DNA from: Caulobacteraceae bacterium
Lineage (GTDB): Bacteria > Pseudomonadota > Alphaproteobacteria > Caulobacterales > Caulobacteraceae
Assembly (NCBI GenBank): GCA_036553915.1
Contig: DATBOH010000136.1
Span: forward strand, 1-46,344
DNA: 46,344 nt
Direction of reading: 5' to 3'
Made by a program: the position numbers and the translations under genes. The notes below the pieces were generated by a model. The model was not told where the DNA came from. It saw nothing but the letters and a program-made list of their open reading frames with translations, and searched no databases. Below, piece by piece: positions 1 through 9,566 of the stretch (its first letter is position 1; each line of letters starts with the position of its first letter).

Positions 1-51
1 CTAAATGGCCGCTCGCTTCAAGCCGTGGCGCACGCATCCGTGCGCTCTGGC

Positions 52-127
52 GGGGCCGTAGCTCAGCTGGGAGAGCGCCTCGTTCGCAATGAGGAGGTCA
101 GGGGTTCGATTCCCCTCGGCTCCACCA
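52..127 (+). tRNA. tRNA-Ala (anticodon CGC)
   Basis: 76-nt cloverleaf GGGGCCGTAGCTCAG...GGTTCGATTCC...CTCCACCA; anticodon arm CCTCG-TTCGCAA-TGAGG; G3:U70 alanine identity pair; encoded CCA. Confidence 0.97.
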
Positions 128-197
128 GGGGAACGTTCTAAAACGTCCGATTTCGTCTAGGAAACCCTCTAAAAACCGCAGCTTAAGACAACGAAAC

Positions 198-353
198 AGG
201 CGCCGTTTCGATCTCGGCTTGCGGGCGCCGGACGCGCTTCATCTGGCGGCCTGCGTGCGCGCCGGCCACCGGCTGACCCTCGACCGGAGGTTGGCCGGGG
301 CGGCTGAAGCTCTGAGCGTCGACGTCGCGCTGGTCACCGCTGGCGAAGCGTGA
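198..353 (+). pseudogene. 5'-truncated PIN-domain (VapC-type) toxin remnant
   Basis: Manual translation RRRFDLGLRAPDALHLAACVRAGHRLTLDRRLAGAAEALSVDV...* matches the C-terminal PIN motifs (LRxxDALHLA, TxDxRL); no in-frame start codon between the tRNA and this segment. Confidence 0.75.
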
Positions 354-371
354 CCTATGGTGCGTCCGCGG

Positions 372-761
372 TCACACGGCGGGCGCGATGTCGGTCTTGG
401 CGAAGTCCCCGCCCTTGAACAGCAGCGGCAAGCCGGTCGCCTTGGCGAGCGCATAGGAGAAGCAGTCGCCGAAATTGAGCCCGGCCGGATGCCGACCTTT
501 GCCGAAACGGCGGAAGGCGTCGATGGCCAGCCGGGCGTGGTCGGTCGATACCGGCACGATCTCGACGCGCATATCGATGAGCAGCCGATTCAAAATGGCG
601 AGGCCCGGCTCGCGCTGGCGGGAAAGCACGACGATCGAGGTTTCGACCAAGCCGCCGGCGCCAAGCAGTCTGGTCGGGGCCAATCGGATGGCGCGTTCGA
701 AGACCGGCCGCTCCGGCTCTTTGTTCAGGATGGAGATGAGAGCCGAACTGTCGATCACCAT
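372..761 (-). CDS. vapC: VapC PIN-domain toxin
   Basis: MVIDSSAL...LNFGDCFSYALAK...LLFKGGDF; start overlaps the vapB stop (TGATG). Confidence 0.93.
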   Translation of the reverse strand: MVIDSSALISILNKEPERPVFERAIRLAPTRLLGAGGLVETSIVVLSRQREPGLAILNRLLIDMRVEIVPVSTDHARLAIDAFRRFGKGRHPAGLNFGDCFSYALAKATGLPLLFKGGDFAKTDIAPAV

Positions 762-1018
762 CAGGTCGGGAGACCGTTTTCGTCGTAGCCCAGAATCTCG
801 TCGTCGGTGCGCGTATCGAACACCGGCAGGGCGCTGAACCGCTCGATCAGGGCGTCGATGGCGGCGCCGTCCCATGGCCGCTGGCCGCGCTTGAGCTGCT
901 CATCGCGCAGCCGCAGCCGCAGCGCGCCGCGGACCGCCTGGGTCAAGCTCTCGCCGGTCAGTTTGGCGACCTGGCGGGCGAGGCTGTCGGTTTCCTTGTC
1001 CTTTAGGCTCAGCGCCAT
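761..1018 (-). CDS. vapB: VapB antitoxin (Rv0623-like)
   Basis: MALSLKDKETDSLARQVA...TGESLTQAV...DDEILGYDENGLP, directly upstream of vapC. Confidence 0.9.
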   Translation of the reverse strand: MALSLKDKETDSLARQVAKLTGESLTQAVRGALRLRLRDEQLKRGQRPWDGAAIDALIERFSALPVFDTRTDDEILGYDENGLPT

Positions 1019-1028
1019 TCACGCCATC

Positions 1029-1057
1029 CGTATAGAAACTGGTGGCGTTTATATACG
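1029..1057. promoter_or_regulatory. Probable VapBC autoregulatory operator
   Basis: Inverted repeat CGTATAGAAAC-N7-GTTTATATACG (10/11 matches), 10 nt upstream of the vapB start. Confidence 0.6.
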
Positions 1058-1153
1058 ATCGCGACAGCCAAATGTCGAGGCGAACAGGACTCGCTCTTAC
1101 CCCCGCCCCACAGCCCCGCTAGAATCCCCGATATCCAATGGGGCGAGGGACGC

Positions 1154-1735
1154 GTGCGCGGACAGGCGATTGTGCTGCTGGGCTTGATCGCGGCCGCCCC
1201 GCCTCCCCAGCCGGGGCGGGCCGGCCTCTATCGCCTGCAGCCTGGGCGCACCCGCATGGTGTTCTCGACCGTCAACCTCGGCATCGTCACCTTTCGTGGC
1301 GTGTTCACCGGGGCGAGCGGCGAGATGAGCTTCGACCCGGCCGACTCGGCCCATGACCGTATCGACGTCGCCGTGCCGATCGCCGGCCTGGCCAGCGACG
1401 ACGCGGCCATGGCTCAGGAACTCAAGGGTCCCGGCTGGTTCGACGCCGCGCGCTTTCCGACCATGGTGTTCCGCTCCACGGCGGTGTGGCCGACGGGGCC
1501 GCAGACGGCCGACGTCGATGGCCTGCTCACCTTGCACGGTGTCACGGCGCCGGTGACCTTCACGGCCCGGTTCGCGGCCGCCGGCGTCGATCCGGTCGAC
1601 CACGCCTACACGGCCGGCTTCGAGGTTCAGGGCCGCATCCGCCGCAGCCTCTTTGGCCTCAAACGGCTGATCCCGGAGGCGGGCGACGAGGTGCGGCTGG
1701 AGATCGTCGCGGGGTTCGAGAAACCGGCCTCATAG
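1154..1735 (+). CDS. YceI family lipid/polyisoprenoid-binding exported protein
   Basis: Signal-peptide-like N-terminus; LKGPGWFDAARFPTMVFRST and GLLTLHGVT motifs. Confidence 0.85.
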   Translation: MRGQAIVLLGLIAAAPPPQPGRAGLYRLQPGRTRMVFSTVNLGIVTFRGVFTGASGEMSFDPADSAHDRIDVAVPIAGLASDDAAMAQELKGPGWFDAARFPTMVFRSTAVWPTGPQTADVDGLLTLHGVTAPVTFTARFAAAGVDPVDHAYTAGFEVQGRIRRSLFGLKRLIPEAGDEVRLEIVAGFEKPAS

Positions 1736-1798
1736 GTTGCGGCGAATCTCCACGGTGAGATGCGAGATCGGCCCCACGGCGGCGAGGCGGGCGCGATG
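1730..1798 (-). pseudogene. Possible C-terminal remnant of a DmeF-type CDF metal transporter
   Basis: Translates HRARLAAVGPISHLTVEIRRNL*, resembling the YxARL...SHxTVEV end of DmeF-like CDFs; in-frame stop just upstream. Confidence 0.4.
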
Positions 1799-1823
1799 TC
1801 GGCGCGATTTGGGACGCTACAAT

Positions 1824-2012
1824 CCGCTCTTCCCGGACAAGCCGCAGGCGCGGCGCGATCCGGGACCCAGGCTTTTTATGCCTGACTGAACTGAAAAAAC
1901 CTGGATCCCGGCTTTCGCCGGGAAGAGCGGGGTTTGGGCATTCGCCGGGAAGAGCGGGGTTCCAGGGTTTCACCGGTTCAATCTGGCAAGACCGGGAGGA
2001 GCGGGGTTTGGG
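1824..2012. repeat. Palindromic intergenic element (RIME/CIR/REPIN-like) with triplicated right end
   Basis: Terminal IR CCGCTCTTCCCGG (1824-1836)/CCGGGAAGAGCGG (1918-1930); inner IR CCGGGACCCAGG/CCTGGATCCCGG; right end repeated at 1945-1961 and 1992-2012. Confidence 0.75.
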
Positions 2013-2094
2013 CTCCCGGAGGACCCAAACGGTGGTTTGACAACCGCCCCGCCCGGGACCATCTGATGGCGGGCGAGGGACAAGGAGGAAGACC

Positions 2095-2493
2095 ATGTCC
2101 AGATCTCTGCCCAGGTCCCTGGTGGCCGCCTTGACGGCCGGCGCGGCTTTCGGCCTCGCGGCCGGCTCCGCCGCCGCCGACGCCAAGGCCCCGTGTTTCT
2201 TTGTCAGCCAATGGCGCGGCTGGAAGGCGCCTGACGCCAACACTCTGTATCTGCGCGTCAATATGAAGGACATCTATCGCGCCGATCTGTCGGCCGGCTC
2301 GCAGCAGCTCACCTGGGGCGGCAGCTACCACCTGGTGTCGCGGGTGGAAGGCTCCTCCTCGGTCTGCGGGCCGCTCGATCTGCAGCTCGCGGTCTCCGAC
2401 GGCCGCGGCTTCAAACAGCCGCTGATCGTCAGGGATCTGGTCAAGCTCACGCCGGACGAGATCGCCGCCCTGCCCAAGAAAGACTTGCCGTAA
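2095..2493 (+). CDS. Small secreted protein, DUF6491-like
   Basis: AGGAGG RBS; signal peptide; CF...W...D..TLYL...Y..DL...C pattern. Confidence 0.7.
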   Translation: MSRSLPRSLVAALTAGAAFGLAAGSAAADAKAPCFFVSQWRGWKAPDANTLYLRVNMKDIYRADLSAGSQQLTWGGSYHLVSRVEGSSSVCGPLDLQLAVSDGRGFKQPLIVRDLVKLTPDEIAALPKKDLP

Positions 2494-2534
2494 GCTCTTC
2501 GGCGCCGCCGGACTTTATCCAAGGAGACTTTTCG

Positions 2535-3194
2535 GTGGCGCTGGAAGCGGTGGTCTGGGATTTCGGCGGCGTCTTCACGACCTCGCCGTTCGAAGCCTTC
2601 AACGCCTATGAGGCCCGGGCGGGATTGCCGCGCGACTTCATCCGCGCCGTCAACGCCGCCAATCCGCTGGGCAACGCCTGGGCGAGGTTCGAGAGCGCCC
2701 GCATCGACGCGGCCGCCTTCGACGCCGCGTTTCTGGCCGAGGCCAGCGCGCTCGGTCACGCCGTCCGTGGCGCGGACGTGCTGCCGCTGCTTTCCGGGGC
2801 GGTGCGCCCGCGCATGGTCGCGGCGCTGAAGGCCTGCAAGGCGCGCTACAAGGTCGGCTGCATCACCAACAATGTCGTCCACGGCCATGGTCCGGGCATG
2901 GCCGCCAGTCCCGAAGGGGCGGCCCGCGCGGCCCCGATCATGGCCTTGTTCGACCAGGTGATCGAAAGCTCCAAGGTCGGGGTGCGCAAGCCCGAGCCGG
3001 CCATCTACCGGATGATGTGCGAGGCTTTGGGCGTCGCCCCGCAGGCCTGCCTTTACCTCGATGACCTCGGGATCAACTGCAAGGCGGCGGCCCAGCTTGG
3101 CATGAAGGCGATCAAGGTGGTCGGCGAGGATCAGACCCTGGCCGACCTGGCCGCCGCCACGGGGCTCGAATTCGCCGAACCGGAGATCGCATGA
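2535..3194 (+). CDS. HAD-IA family hydrolase
   Basis: WDFGGV motif [20 protein letters not shown]. Confidence 0.88.
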   Translation: MALEAVVWDFGGVFTTSPFEAFNAYEARAGLPRDFIRAVNAANPLGNAWARFESARIDAAAFDAAFLAEASALGHAVRGADVLPLLSGAVRPRMVAALKACKARYKVGCITNNVVHGHGPGMAASPEGAARAAPIMALFDQVIESSKVGVRKPEPAIYRMMCEALGVAPQACLYLDDLGINCKAAAQLGMKAIKVVGEDQTLADLAAATGLEFAEPEIA

Positions 3195-3484
3195 GCCGGC
3201 CGGAGAAGCTGGCGCTGGCCGAGGCCCTGGCGCGGGCGCCCGGGTGGTCGGCGGCCCCCGGCCGCGAGGCGATCCGGCGCGCGTTTCGCTTCAAGAGCTT
3301 CGAGGCCGCCTTCGCCTGGATGACCCGCATCGCCCGGGAAGCCGAGAGGCTCGATCACCATCCCGAATGGCTGAATGTCTACAACCGGGTCGAGGTCACC
3401 CTGGCCACCCATGACGCCGGCGGGGTGACCGAACTGGACCTGCGCCTCGCGGCCCTCATGGACGCCGCCTTCGCCGCCGCTTAA
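3191..3484 (+). CDS. phhB: 4a-hydroxytetrahydrobiopterin dehydratase
   Basis: [13 protein letters not shown] and [11 protein letters not shown] motifs. Confidence 0.92.
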   Translation: MSRPEKLALAEALARAPGWSAAPGREAIRRAFRFKSFEAAFAWMTRIAREAERLDHHPEWLNVYNRVEVTLATHDAGGVTELDLRLAALMDAAFAAA

Positions 3485-3520
3485 GCTCGCTCGGGTGGGG
3501 CCAAACAACCTGGAGTCCTG

Positions 3521-4222
3521 ATGGCCAAGATTACCCTCATCGACGACGACGAGAACATTGTCGCTTCGGTGTCCCTGGCGCTGGAGAACCACGGCCACGC
3601 CGTCACCGCCTATTACGACGGGGCCTCGGGCCTCTCGGCGCTGGAGAGCGATCCGCCCGAACTGGCCATCCTGGATGTGAAGATGCCGCGCCTGGATGGC
3701 ATGGAGGTGCTGCGCCGCCTGCGCCAGACCTCGAATGTGCCGGTGATCATCCTGACCTCCAAGGACGAGGAGATCGACGAGATTCTCGGCTTCAACCTCG
3801 GGGCCGACGACTACATCCACAAGCCGTTCAGCCAGAGGCTGCTGATCGAGCGCGTCAAGGCGGTGCTGCGCCGCGCCTCGCCCGAGGAAGGGGCCGCCGA
3901 GATCGCCGCCGCCAACGCCCGGGCCATCAAGCGCGGTCGCCTGACCCTCGATCCGGCCCGCCACGACTGCCTGTGGGACAACAAGCCGGTGCGCCTGACG
4001 GTGACCGAATTCCTGCTCCTGCAGTCGCTGGCCCAGCGCCCCGGGTTCGTGAAGAGCCGCGACAACCTCATGGACGCGGCCTACGAGGACCAGGTCTATG
4101 TCGATGACCGCACCATCGACAGCCACATCAAGCGGATGCGCAAGAAGTTCCGCGAGGTCGATCCGGAGTTCGATTCCATCGAAACCCTGTATGGCGTCGG
4201 ATACCGCTACCGCGAGTCCTGA
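3521..4222 (+). CDS. chvI: OmpR-family response regulator ChvI
   Basis: Receiver domain plus [12 protein letters not shown]...IETLYGVGY; synteny with chvG-hprK-PTS genes. Confidence 0.95.
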   Translation: MAKITLIDDDENIVASVSLALENHGHAVTAYYDGASGLSALESDPPELAILDVKMPRLDGMEVLRRLRQTSNVPVIILTSKDEEIDEILGFNLGADDYIHKPFSQRLLIERVKAVLRRASPEEGAAEIAAANARAIKRGRLTLDPARHDCLWDNKPVRLTVTEFLLLQSLAQRPGFVKSRDNLMDAAYEDQVYVDDRTIDSHIKRMRKKFREVDPEFDSIETLYGVGYRYRES

Positions 4223-5780
4223 GCGCGGGCGCGCGCCGGCGCGCAAGGCGGTCTGGCCGCTGGGTTCGCGCCTCGGCCGGCTGATCATCGTTCTCAATCT
4301 GCTGGGCCTGGCGATCCTGATCGGCGGAGCGCTGGTGCTCAACGAGTTCCGTCAGGGGCTGATCCAGACGCGCCTGGAGAGCCTGGAGCTCGAAGGCGAG
4401 GTGATCGCCAAGGTCATCGACGAATACGCCACCATCGGCGAGCCCAATCCGGCCCTGGAGGCCGACGCCGCGGCCAGCGTCGTCAATGTGCTGTCGATCC
4501 CAAGCTCGCAGCGGGCCCGGCTGTTCGATGCGCACGGCGATCTGCTGGCCGATTCCTTCGTGGTCGCCGACCGGGTCGACGTCAGCCCGCTGCCGCCGGC
4601 CCTGAAGCCCGGCCAGGCCCCGTCGGCCGCCGGCCGCCATGCCCGTCTCGAACGCCTGGCCAGGGCGCGCGCCGGCCTCACCGCCGAGGTTGGCCGGGCC
4701 CTGACCGGAGAGGTGGTGCGCAACGTCCGGGTCGGGGACGATGGCCGCCGCGTGGTGTCGGTGTCGATTCCGATCCGCCATGTGCGCGCCGTGCTCGGCG
4801 TCCTGACCTTGCAGGCCACGGGGGCCGAGGAGATCGTCAGCGCCCAGAGGCGCGCCTTGCTGCCATTCATCCTGATCGCCATCGGCGTAACCCTGACCTC
4901 ATCGCTGTTGCTGACCCAGCTGATCGCCGAGCCGGTGCTGCGCCTGGCCCGGGCCGCCGACCGGGTGAGGCTGCAGCACGCCCGGGCCATCGCCCTGCCG
5001 GACCTGGCGCGCCGCGATGACGAGGTCGGCGATCTCACCCGGGCTCTGGAGGCCATGACCCGGGCGCTGTCGGACCGGATGCAGGCGATCGAGCGCTTCG
5101 CCGCCGACGTCGCCCATGAGCTGCGCAATCCCATGACCTCGATCCGCTCGGCGGTGGAGACCCTCGAACTGGTCAAGGATGGGAGCGCGCGGTCCCGGCT
5201 GCTGGGCATCCTCGATCAGGACGTGGGGCGCATGGACCGGCTGATCACCGACATTTCCAACGCCTCGCGCCTGGATGCCGAGATGGCCCGCGAATCGCCA
5301 TCGCCGGTCGATCTCGGCCGGATGCTGGCCCAGGTGGGCGAGTTCTATGAGGCGACGCGGCGCCCCGGCGAGCCGGCGGTGCGCTATCTTGGGCCGGAGC
5401 GCGGCGACGCGCTGCTGGTCAGCGGCCGCGAGGGGCCGCTCAGCCAGGTGTTCCGCAATCTCATCGACAACGCCCGCTCCTTCAGTCCGCCCGGCGGCGA
5501 GGTCCGGGTGAGCGTGACGCCCGGGCGCGAGGAGGTCGTGGCCACGGTCGAGGATGACGGCCCCGGCATGCCGGAAGAGAACCTCGAGACGATTTTCCAG
5601 CGTTTCTACACCGCCCGGCCCAAGGGCGCGGCGTTCGGCGGCAACTCCGGCCTCGGCCTGGCCATCGCCCGGCAGATTGTCGAGGCGCACGGCGGCCGCG
5701 TCTGGGCGGAGAATCGCCGTGTCGGCGGAACGGTGCGGGGGGCGAGGTTCATGATCGCCCTGCCGCGCGCCGCCCGATGA
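4191..5780 (+). CDS. chvG: Sensor histidine kinase ChvG
   Basis: Two TM segments, HAMP, H-box [23 protein letters not shown]; start ATG 4191 preferred over 4098. Confidence 0.93.
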   Translation: MASDTATASPERGRAPARKAVWPLGSRLGRLIIVLNLLGLAILIGGALVLNEFRQGLIQTRLESLELEGEVIAKVIDEYATIGEPNPALEADAAASVVNVLSIPSSQRARLFDAHGDLLADSFVVADRVDVSPLPPALKPGQAPSAAGRHARLERLARARAGLTAEVGRALTGEVVRNVRVGDDGRRVVSVSIPIRHVRAVLGVLTLQATGAEEIVSAQRRALLPFILIAIGVTLTSSLLLTQLIAEPVLRLARAADRVRLQHARAIALPDLARRDDEVGDLTRALEAMTRALSDRMQAIERFAADVAHELRNPMTSIRSAVETLELVKDGSARSRLLGILDQDVGRMDRLITDISNASRLDAEMARESPSPVDLGRMLAQVGEFYEATRRPGEPAVRYLGPERGDALLVSGREGPLSQVFRNLIDNARSFSPPGGEVRVSVTPGREEVVATVEDDGPGMPEENLETIFQRFYTARPKGAAFGGNSGLGLAIARQIVEAHGGRVWAENRRVGGTVRGARFMIALPRAAR

Positions 5781-6271
5781 TCGTTCACGCCAGCCTGATC
5801 GCCCGGCGCCTCGACGGCCTCTGGCGCGGAGCGCTCATCGAGGGGCCGTCGGGGACGGGCAAGAGCGATCTCGTGCTGCGCTGCCTGGGCGCGGGTTTTT
5901 GTCTGGTCGCCGATGACCGGGTCATCCTGTTCGCCTCCGCCGGGCGCCTCTATGGCCGGGCGCCGGAAAGCCTGACCGGACGGCTGGAGGTGCGCGGCCT
6001 CGGGATCGTGGCCGCGCCGACCCTGGCCTTCGCCTCCATCGCCGTGGTGGTGCGGCTGAGCGCCGCAGTCGAGCGGCTGCCTGATCCGGCGGTGGCCGTC
6101 CGGCTCGGCGTGGCGATTGAAACGGCGCGGCTTTCGGCCTTCGAAGCCTCGGCGCCCGCCAAACTCGCGGCGCTGCTGGAAGCGCTTGGACGGCCGCGCC
6201 AAGAGGGCTATCTAGCGCCCTTCGCGCCGCGCGGCGGTCGCGGGGGGTCGCCCTTGAGACATTCTGTATGA
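5777..6271 (+). CDS. hprK: HPr kinase/phosphorylase (short alphaproteobacterial type)
   Basis: Walker A GPSGTGKS, LVADD, LEVRGLGI. Confidence 0.9.
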   Translation: MIVHASLIARRLDGLWRGALIEGPSGTGKSDLVLRCLGAGFCLVADDRVILFASAGRLYGRAPESLTGRLEVRGLGIVAAPTLAFASIAVVVRLSAAVERLPDPAVAVRLGVAIETARLSAFEASAPAKLAALLEALGRPRQEGYLAPFAPRGGRGGSPLRHSV

Positions 6272-6672
6272 TCGGTCTTGTGATCGTGACCCACGGCCGC
6301 CTGGCGGCGGAGTTCGTCGAAGCCATGGAACATGTGGTCGGACCGCAGTCGGCGGTGGCGGCCATCTGCATCGGGGCCGACGACGACATGGACCGGCGAC
6401 GCCGCGACATTCTCAAGGCCTGCGAAAAGGTCGACACGGGCGATGGCGTCATCCTGCTCACCGACATGTTCGGCGGCACACCCTCGAACCTCGCCATCTC
6501 GGTCATGGATCAGACCAAGGCCGAGGTCATCGCCGGGCTCAACCTGCCGATGCTGATAAAGCTGGCCAGCGTCCGCGCCCGCGAGCCCCTGTCGGTGTGT
6601 GTGGCCCACGCCCAGGACGCCGGGCGCAAATACATCTCGGTGGCCTCCTACCTGCTGGCCGGCGAGAAGTGA
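6268..6672 (+). CDS. manX: PTS EIIA component, mannose/fructose type
   Basis: MIGLVIVTHG, TDMFGGTPSN, NLPML. Confidence 0.92.
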   Translation: MIGLVIVTHGRLAAEFVEAMEHVVGPQSAVAAICIGADDDMDRRRRDILKACEKVDTGDGVILLTDMFGGTPSNLAISVMDQTKAEVIAGLNLPMLIKLASVRAREPLSVCVAHAQDAGRKYISVASYLLAGEK

Positions 6673-6941
6673 CCGCGGCGACCGAGGTCGAAATCGTCAA
6701 CGAGCGCGGGTTGCACGCCAGGGCATCGGCGCGGTTCGTCAAGCTCGCCTCCGCCTTCGACGCCCAGATCACCGTGACCAAGGACGATCAGGCCGTCGAC
6801 GCCCAGTCGATCATGGGCCTGATGATGCTGGCGGCCGGCCCCGGCTCGACCATCGCCATCGCCGCCGAGGGTCCGCAGGCCGAGGCGGCCGTCGCCGCCC
6901 TGGTCCGTCTGGTGGCCAATCGCTTCGAGGAGGAGCGATAA
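6669..6941 (+). CDS. ptsH: Phosphocarrier protein HPr/NPr
   Basis: GLHARASA (His15) and SIMGLMML (Ser46); GTG start overlaps the manX stop. Confidence 0.92.
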   Translation: MTAATEVEIVNERGLHARASARFVKLASAFDAQITVTKDDQAVDAQSIMGLMMLAAGPGSTIAIAAEGPQAEAAVAALVRLVANRFEEER

Positions 6942-6949
6942 GGTCCGCC

Positions 6950-6969
6950 ATATAAAGATTTCCTTATAT
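6950..6969. promoter_or_regulatory. Probable SahR (ArsR family) operator upstream of ahcY
   Basis: AT-rich 20-bp imperfect palindrome ATATAAAGATTTCCTTATAT in a GC-rich background. Confidence 0.65.
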
Positions 6970-7036
6970 CTTTATTGCCGGGTCCGCCGCTCACCTCTAT
7001 AGAGCCGCCCATCCCCCATCGCTTTCAGGAGCCCTC

Positions 7037-8428
7037 GTGCCCGAATCCATCGTCAAGGACCTTTCGCTGGCCGATTGGGGCCGCAAGGAAATCGCCATCG
7101 CCGAGACCGAGATGCCGGGGCTGATGGCGCTTCGGGCCGAATTCGGGGCCGACCAGCCGCTCAAGGGCGCGCGGATCGCCGGCTCGCTGCATATGACCAT
7201 CCAGACCGCGGTGCTGATCGAGACCCTGCAGGCGCTCGGGGCCGACGTGCGCTGGGCCTCGTGCAACATCTTCTCCACCCAGGATCACGCCGCCGCCGCC
7301 ATTGCCGTCACCGGGACGCCGGTGTTCGCCACCAAGGGCGAGAGCCTCGACGAATACTGGGACTACGCCCACCGGATCTTCGAATGGGCCGACGGCGGCT
7401 ATCCCAACCTCATTCTCGATGATGGCGGCGACGCCACCTTGCTAACCGTGCTGGGCCCCAAGGCGGAGAACGATCCCTCGATCCTCGACCGCCCCGCCAA
7501 CGAGGAGGAAGAGGCGCTCTTTCGGACCATGAAGCGGTATCTGAAGGAAAAGCCCGGCTTCTATGCCGGCATCCGGGCGGCCGTGAAGGGTGTCTCCGAG
7601 GAGACCACCACGGGCGTCCATCGCCTGTATCAGATGGAGGCCAAGGGCGAGCTTCCGTACCCGGCCATCAACGTCAATGACAGCGTCACCAAGTCGAAAT
7701 TCGACAATCTCTATGGCTGCCGCGAGAGCCTGGTCGACGCGATCCGCCGGGCCACCGATGTGATGCTGGCCGGCAAGGTCGCGGTGGTGTGCGGCTATGG
7801 GGATGTCGGCAAGGGCTCGGCGGCCTCGCTGCGCCAGGGCGGTGCGCGGGTGATCGTCACCGAGGTCGATCCGATCTGCGCCCTGCAGGCGGCCATGGAA
7901 GGCTATGAGGTGCTGACCGTCGAGGACACGCTCGGAACCGCCGACATCTATGTCACGGCCACCGGCAACAAGGACGTCCTGACCGTCGACCATATGCGCG
8001 GGATGAAGAACAACGCCATCGTCTGTAACATCGGCCACTTCGATTCCGAGATCCAGATTTCCGGCCTGCGCAACTTCAAGTGGGACGAAATCAAGCCCCA
8101 GGTCCACCACGTCGAATTCCCGGACGGCAAGAAGATCATCGTCCTGTCGGAAGGCCGTCTGGTGAACCTTGGCAACGCCACCGGCCACCCGAGCTTCGTC
8201 ATGAGCGCCAGCTTCACCAACCAGACCCTGGCCCAGATCGAGCTGTGGACCAACGCCAAGGCCTATCAGACCCGCGTCTACACCCTGCCCAAGCGGCTGG
8301 ATGAGAAGGTCGCCATGCTCCACCTCGGCAAGCTCGGGGCCAAGCTGACCGAGATGAGTCCCTCGCAAGCTGAATATATCGGCGTCGCGCCGCAGGGACC
8401 GTTCAAGCCCGAGCACTACCGGTATTGA
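7037..8428 (+). CDS. ahcY: Adenosylhomocysteinase
   Basis: [42 protein letters not shown]-terminal YRY. Confidence 0.98.
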   Translation: MPESIVKDLSLADWGRKEIAIAETEMPGLMALRAEFGADQPLKGARIAGSLHMTIQTAVLIETLQALGADVRWASCNIFSTQDHAAAAIAVTGTPVFATKGESLDEYWDYAHRIFEWADGGYPNLILDDGGDATLLTVLGPKAENDPSILDRPANEEEEALFRTMKRYLKEKPGFYAGIRAAVKGVSEETTTGVHRLYQMEAKGELPYPAINVNDSVTKSKFDNLYGCRESLVDAIRRATDVMLAGKVAVVCGYGDVGKGSAASLRQGGARVIVTEVDPICALQAAMEGYEVLTVEDTLGTADIYVTATGNKDVLTVDHMRGMKNNAIVCNIGHFDSEIQISGLRNFKWDEIKPQVHHVEFPDGKKIIVLSEGRLVNLGNATGHPSFVMSASFTNQTLAQIELWTNAKAYQTRVYTLPKRLDEKVAMLHLGKLGAKLTEMSPSQAEYIGVAPQGPFKPEHYRY

Positions 8429-8440
8429 GGGACCGCTACG

Positions 8441-8466
8441 GCCTGGGTCCCGGATCGCGCCGCGCC
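8441..8466 (-). repeat. Partial copy of the 1824-2012 element
   Basis: 26/26 nt reverse-complement identity with 1847-1872. Confidence 0.75.
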
Positions 8467-8504
8467 CCCGTCCCAGTGTTTTGCCAGATTGATCGGATGA
8501 AAGC

Positions 8505-9464
8505 CTAGACTGTGCGCCGCGAGGGGGCCCGGTCCGCCGAAACCCTTGGATCGCCGGCTCCGGCCCGGCCGTGCTCGAGCCAGGCGATCAGGCCAGGCGA
8601 CAGGGCGGCGGCCATCTTTTGTTGGTAGAGCGCCAGGTCGGCGGCTTCGACCACGCCGCGCCAGCGACCGTTGTCGCCGCGGTGCAGGAACGAGCGGTGG
8701 CCGCCCTTGAAGCCGTGCTGCATTTCAGCGAGCAGGGCGTCGCCGTCGCGCTTCATCGATCCGAAGGTCGCCGCTTCGACCAGCGATGGCCATATCGCCT
8801 CGTCGACCGGGATGTCGAGGAAGGCCGAGATGCGGCGCATTTCGCCGTCGAGGTCGGCGCTCAGATCGTTGAAATGCACCAGCAGCACATTGCCCTCGCC
8901 CCGCCGCCGCCAATAGGTGTCCTCAAGCATGAAGAACCAGTCGGCCATGTGCGCCTCGGGGGCCCGCACCCAGTGATGGAAGAATTCAGCCGCGGTGGCG
9001 GCCGGCCGGGGGAGCGGCCGGCCGATGGTCGGGTCTCCCAGACCGACGGCGTCGAAGCGTCCCCACGCCTCGTCGGTATGGCTATGCAGGTGATTGAAAT
9101 ACGACATGGCCGCGTCGCGGCCGTCGCGGGCGGTGTGGATGTAGCGCACTTCGTCGTGCAGCGGCAGGGCGTCCATCGGCAGGTGGGTCTTGATGAACCG
9201 CCGGTGCGTCTGCGCCTCCAGCATCGGCGTCAGCACCTCCATGGGAGCCATGAACCGGCTATCCAGCCACGGCGAGAGGGCCCACAGGGGCCGCGCCCGC
9301 GGCGATTGGAAGACCAAGAGATTGACGATCTGCTGGGTCCAGGTGGTGCCAACCTTGGCCGCCGTTCCGATGACGATATCGCCCGGTCGGGGGCGATAGT
9401 CGTTCCACCGCTCGCTGTCGGAATGCCAATCGCGGACCTGCCGCGTGGGCGCGTGGCTCAGCAT
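8505..9464 (-). CDS. PAPS-dependent sulfotransferase (Sulfotransfer_1 type)
   Basis: KVGTTW PSB loop, IKTHLP, RDGRDAAMS, G..GRW; GGGGAGA RBS before ATG 9464. Confidence 0.88.
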   Translation of the reverse strand: MLSHAPTRQVRDWHSDSERWNDYRPRPGDIVIGTAAKVGTTWTQQIVNLLVFQSPRARPLWALSPWLDSRFMAPMEVLTPMLEAQTHRRFIKTHLPMDALPLHDEVRYIHTARDGRDAAMSYFNHLHSHTDEAWGRFDAVGLGDPTIGRPLPRPAATAAEFFHHWVRAPEAHMADWFFMLEDTYWRRRGEGNVLLVHFNDLSADLDGEMRRISAFLDIPVDEAIWPSLVEAATFGSMKRDGDALLAEMQHGFKGGHRSFLHRGDNGRWRGVVEAADLALYQQKMAAALSPGLIAWLEHGRAGAGDPRVSADRAPSRRTV

Positions 9465-9566
9465 CGGATCTCCCCGGCCATCGAGACGCGCCAAGTCGAA
9501 CCTTTACCGTGACCAAGTCAACCGCGAGGCTTCCGCCGGGAGCGAAGGCGGGGCAAGCTCGGCCGC

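Noticed and set aside
1918-2012. Three short direct repeats as a mini-CRISPR
   Set aside because: Irregular spacing, no cas genes; explained as duplicated ends of the inverted-repeat element
2037-2050. 14-nt match TTGACAACCGCCCC shared with 28521-28534 (reverse strand), both upstream of small exported proteins
   Set aside because: A 14-mer match is plausible by chance in a window this size, and the two promoter contexts differ
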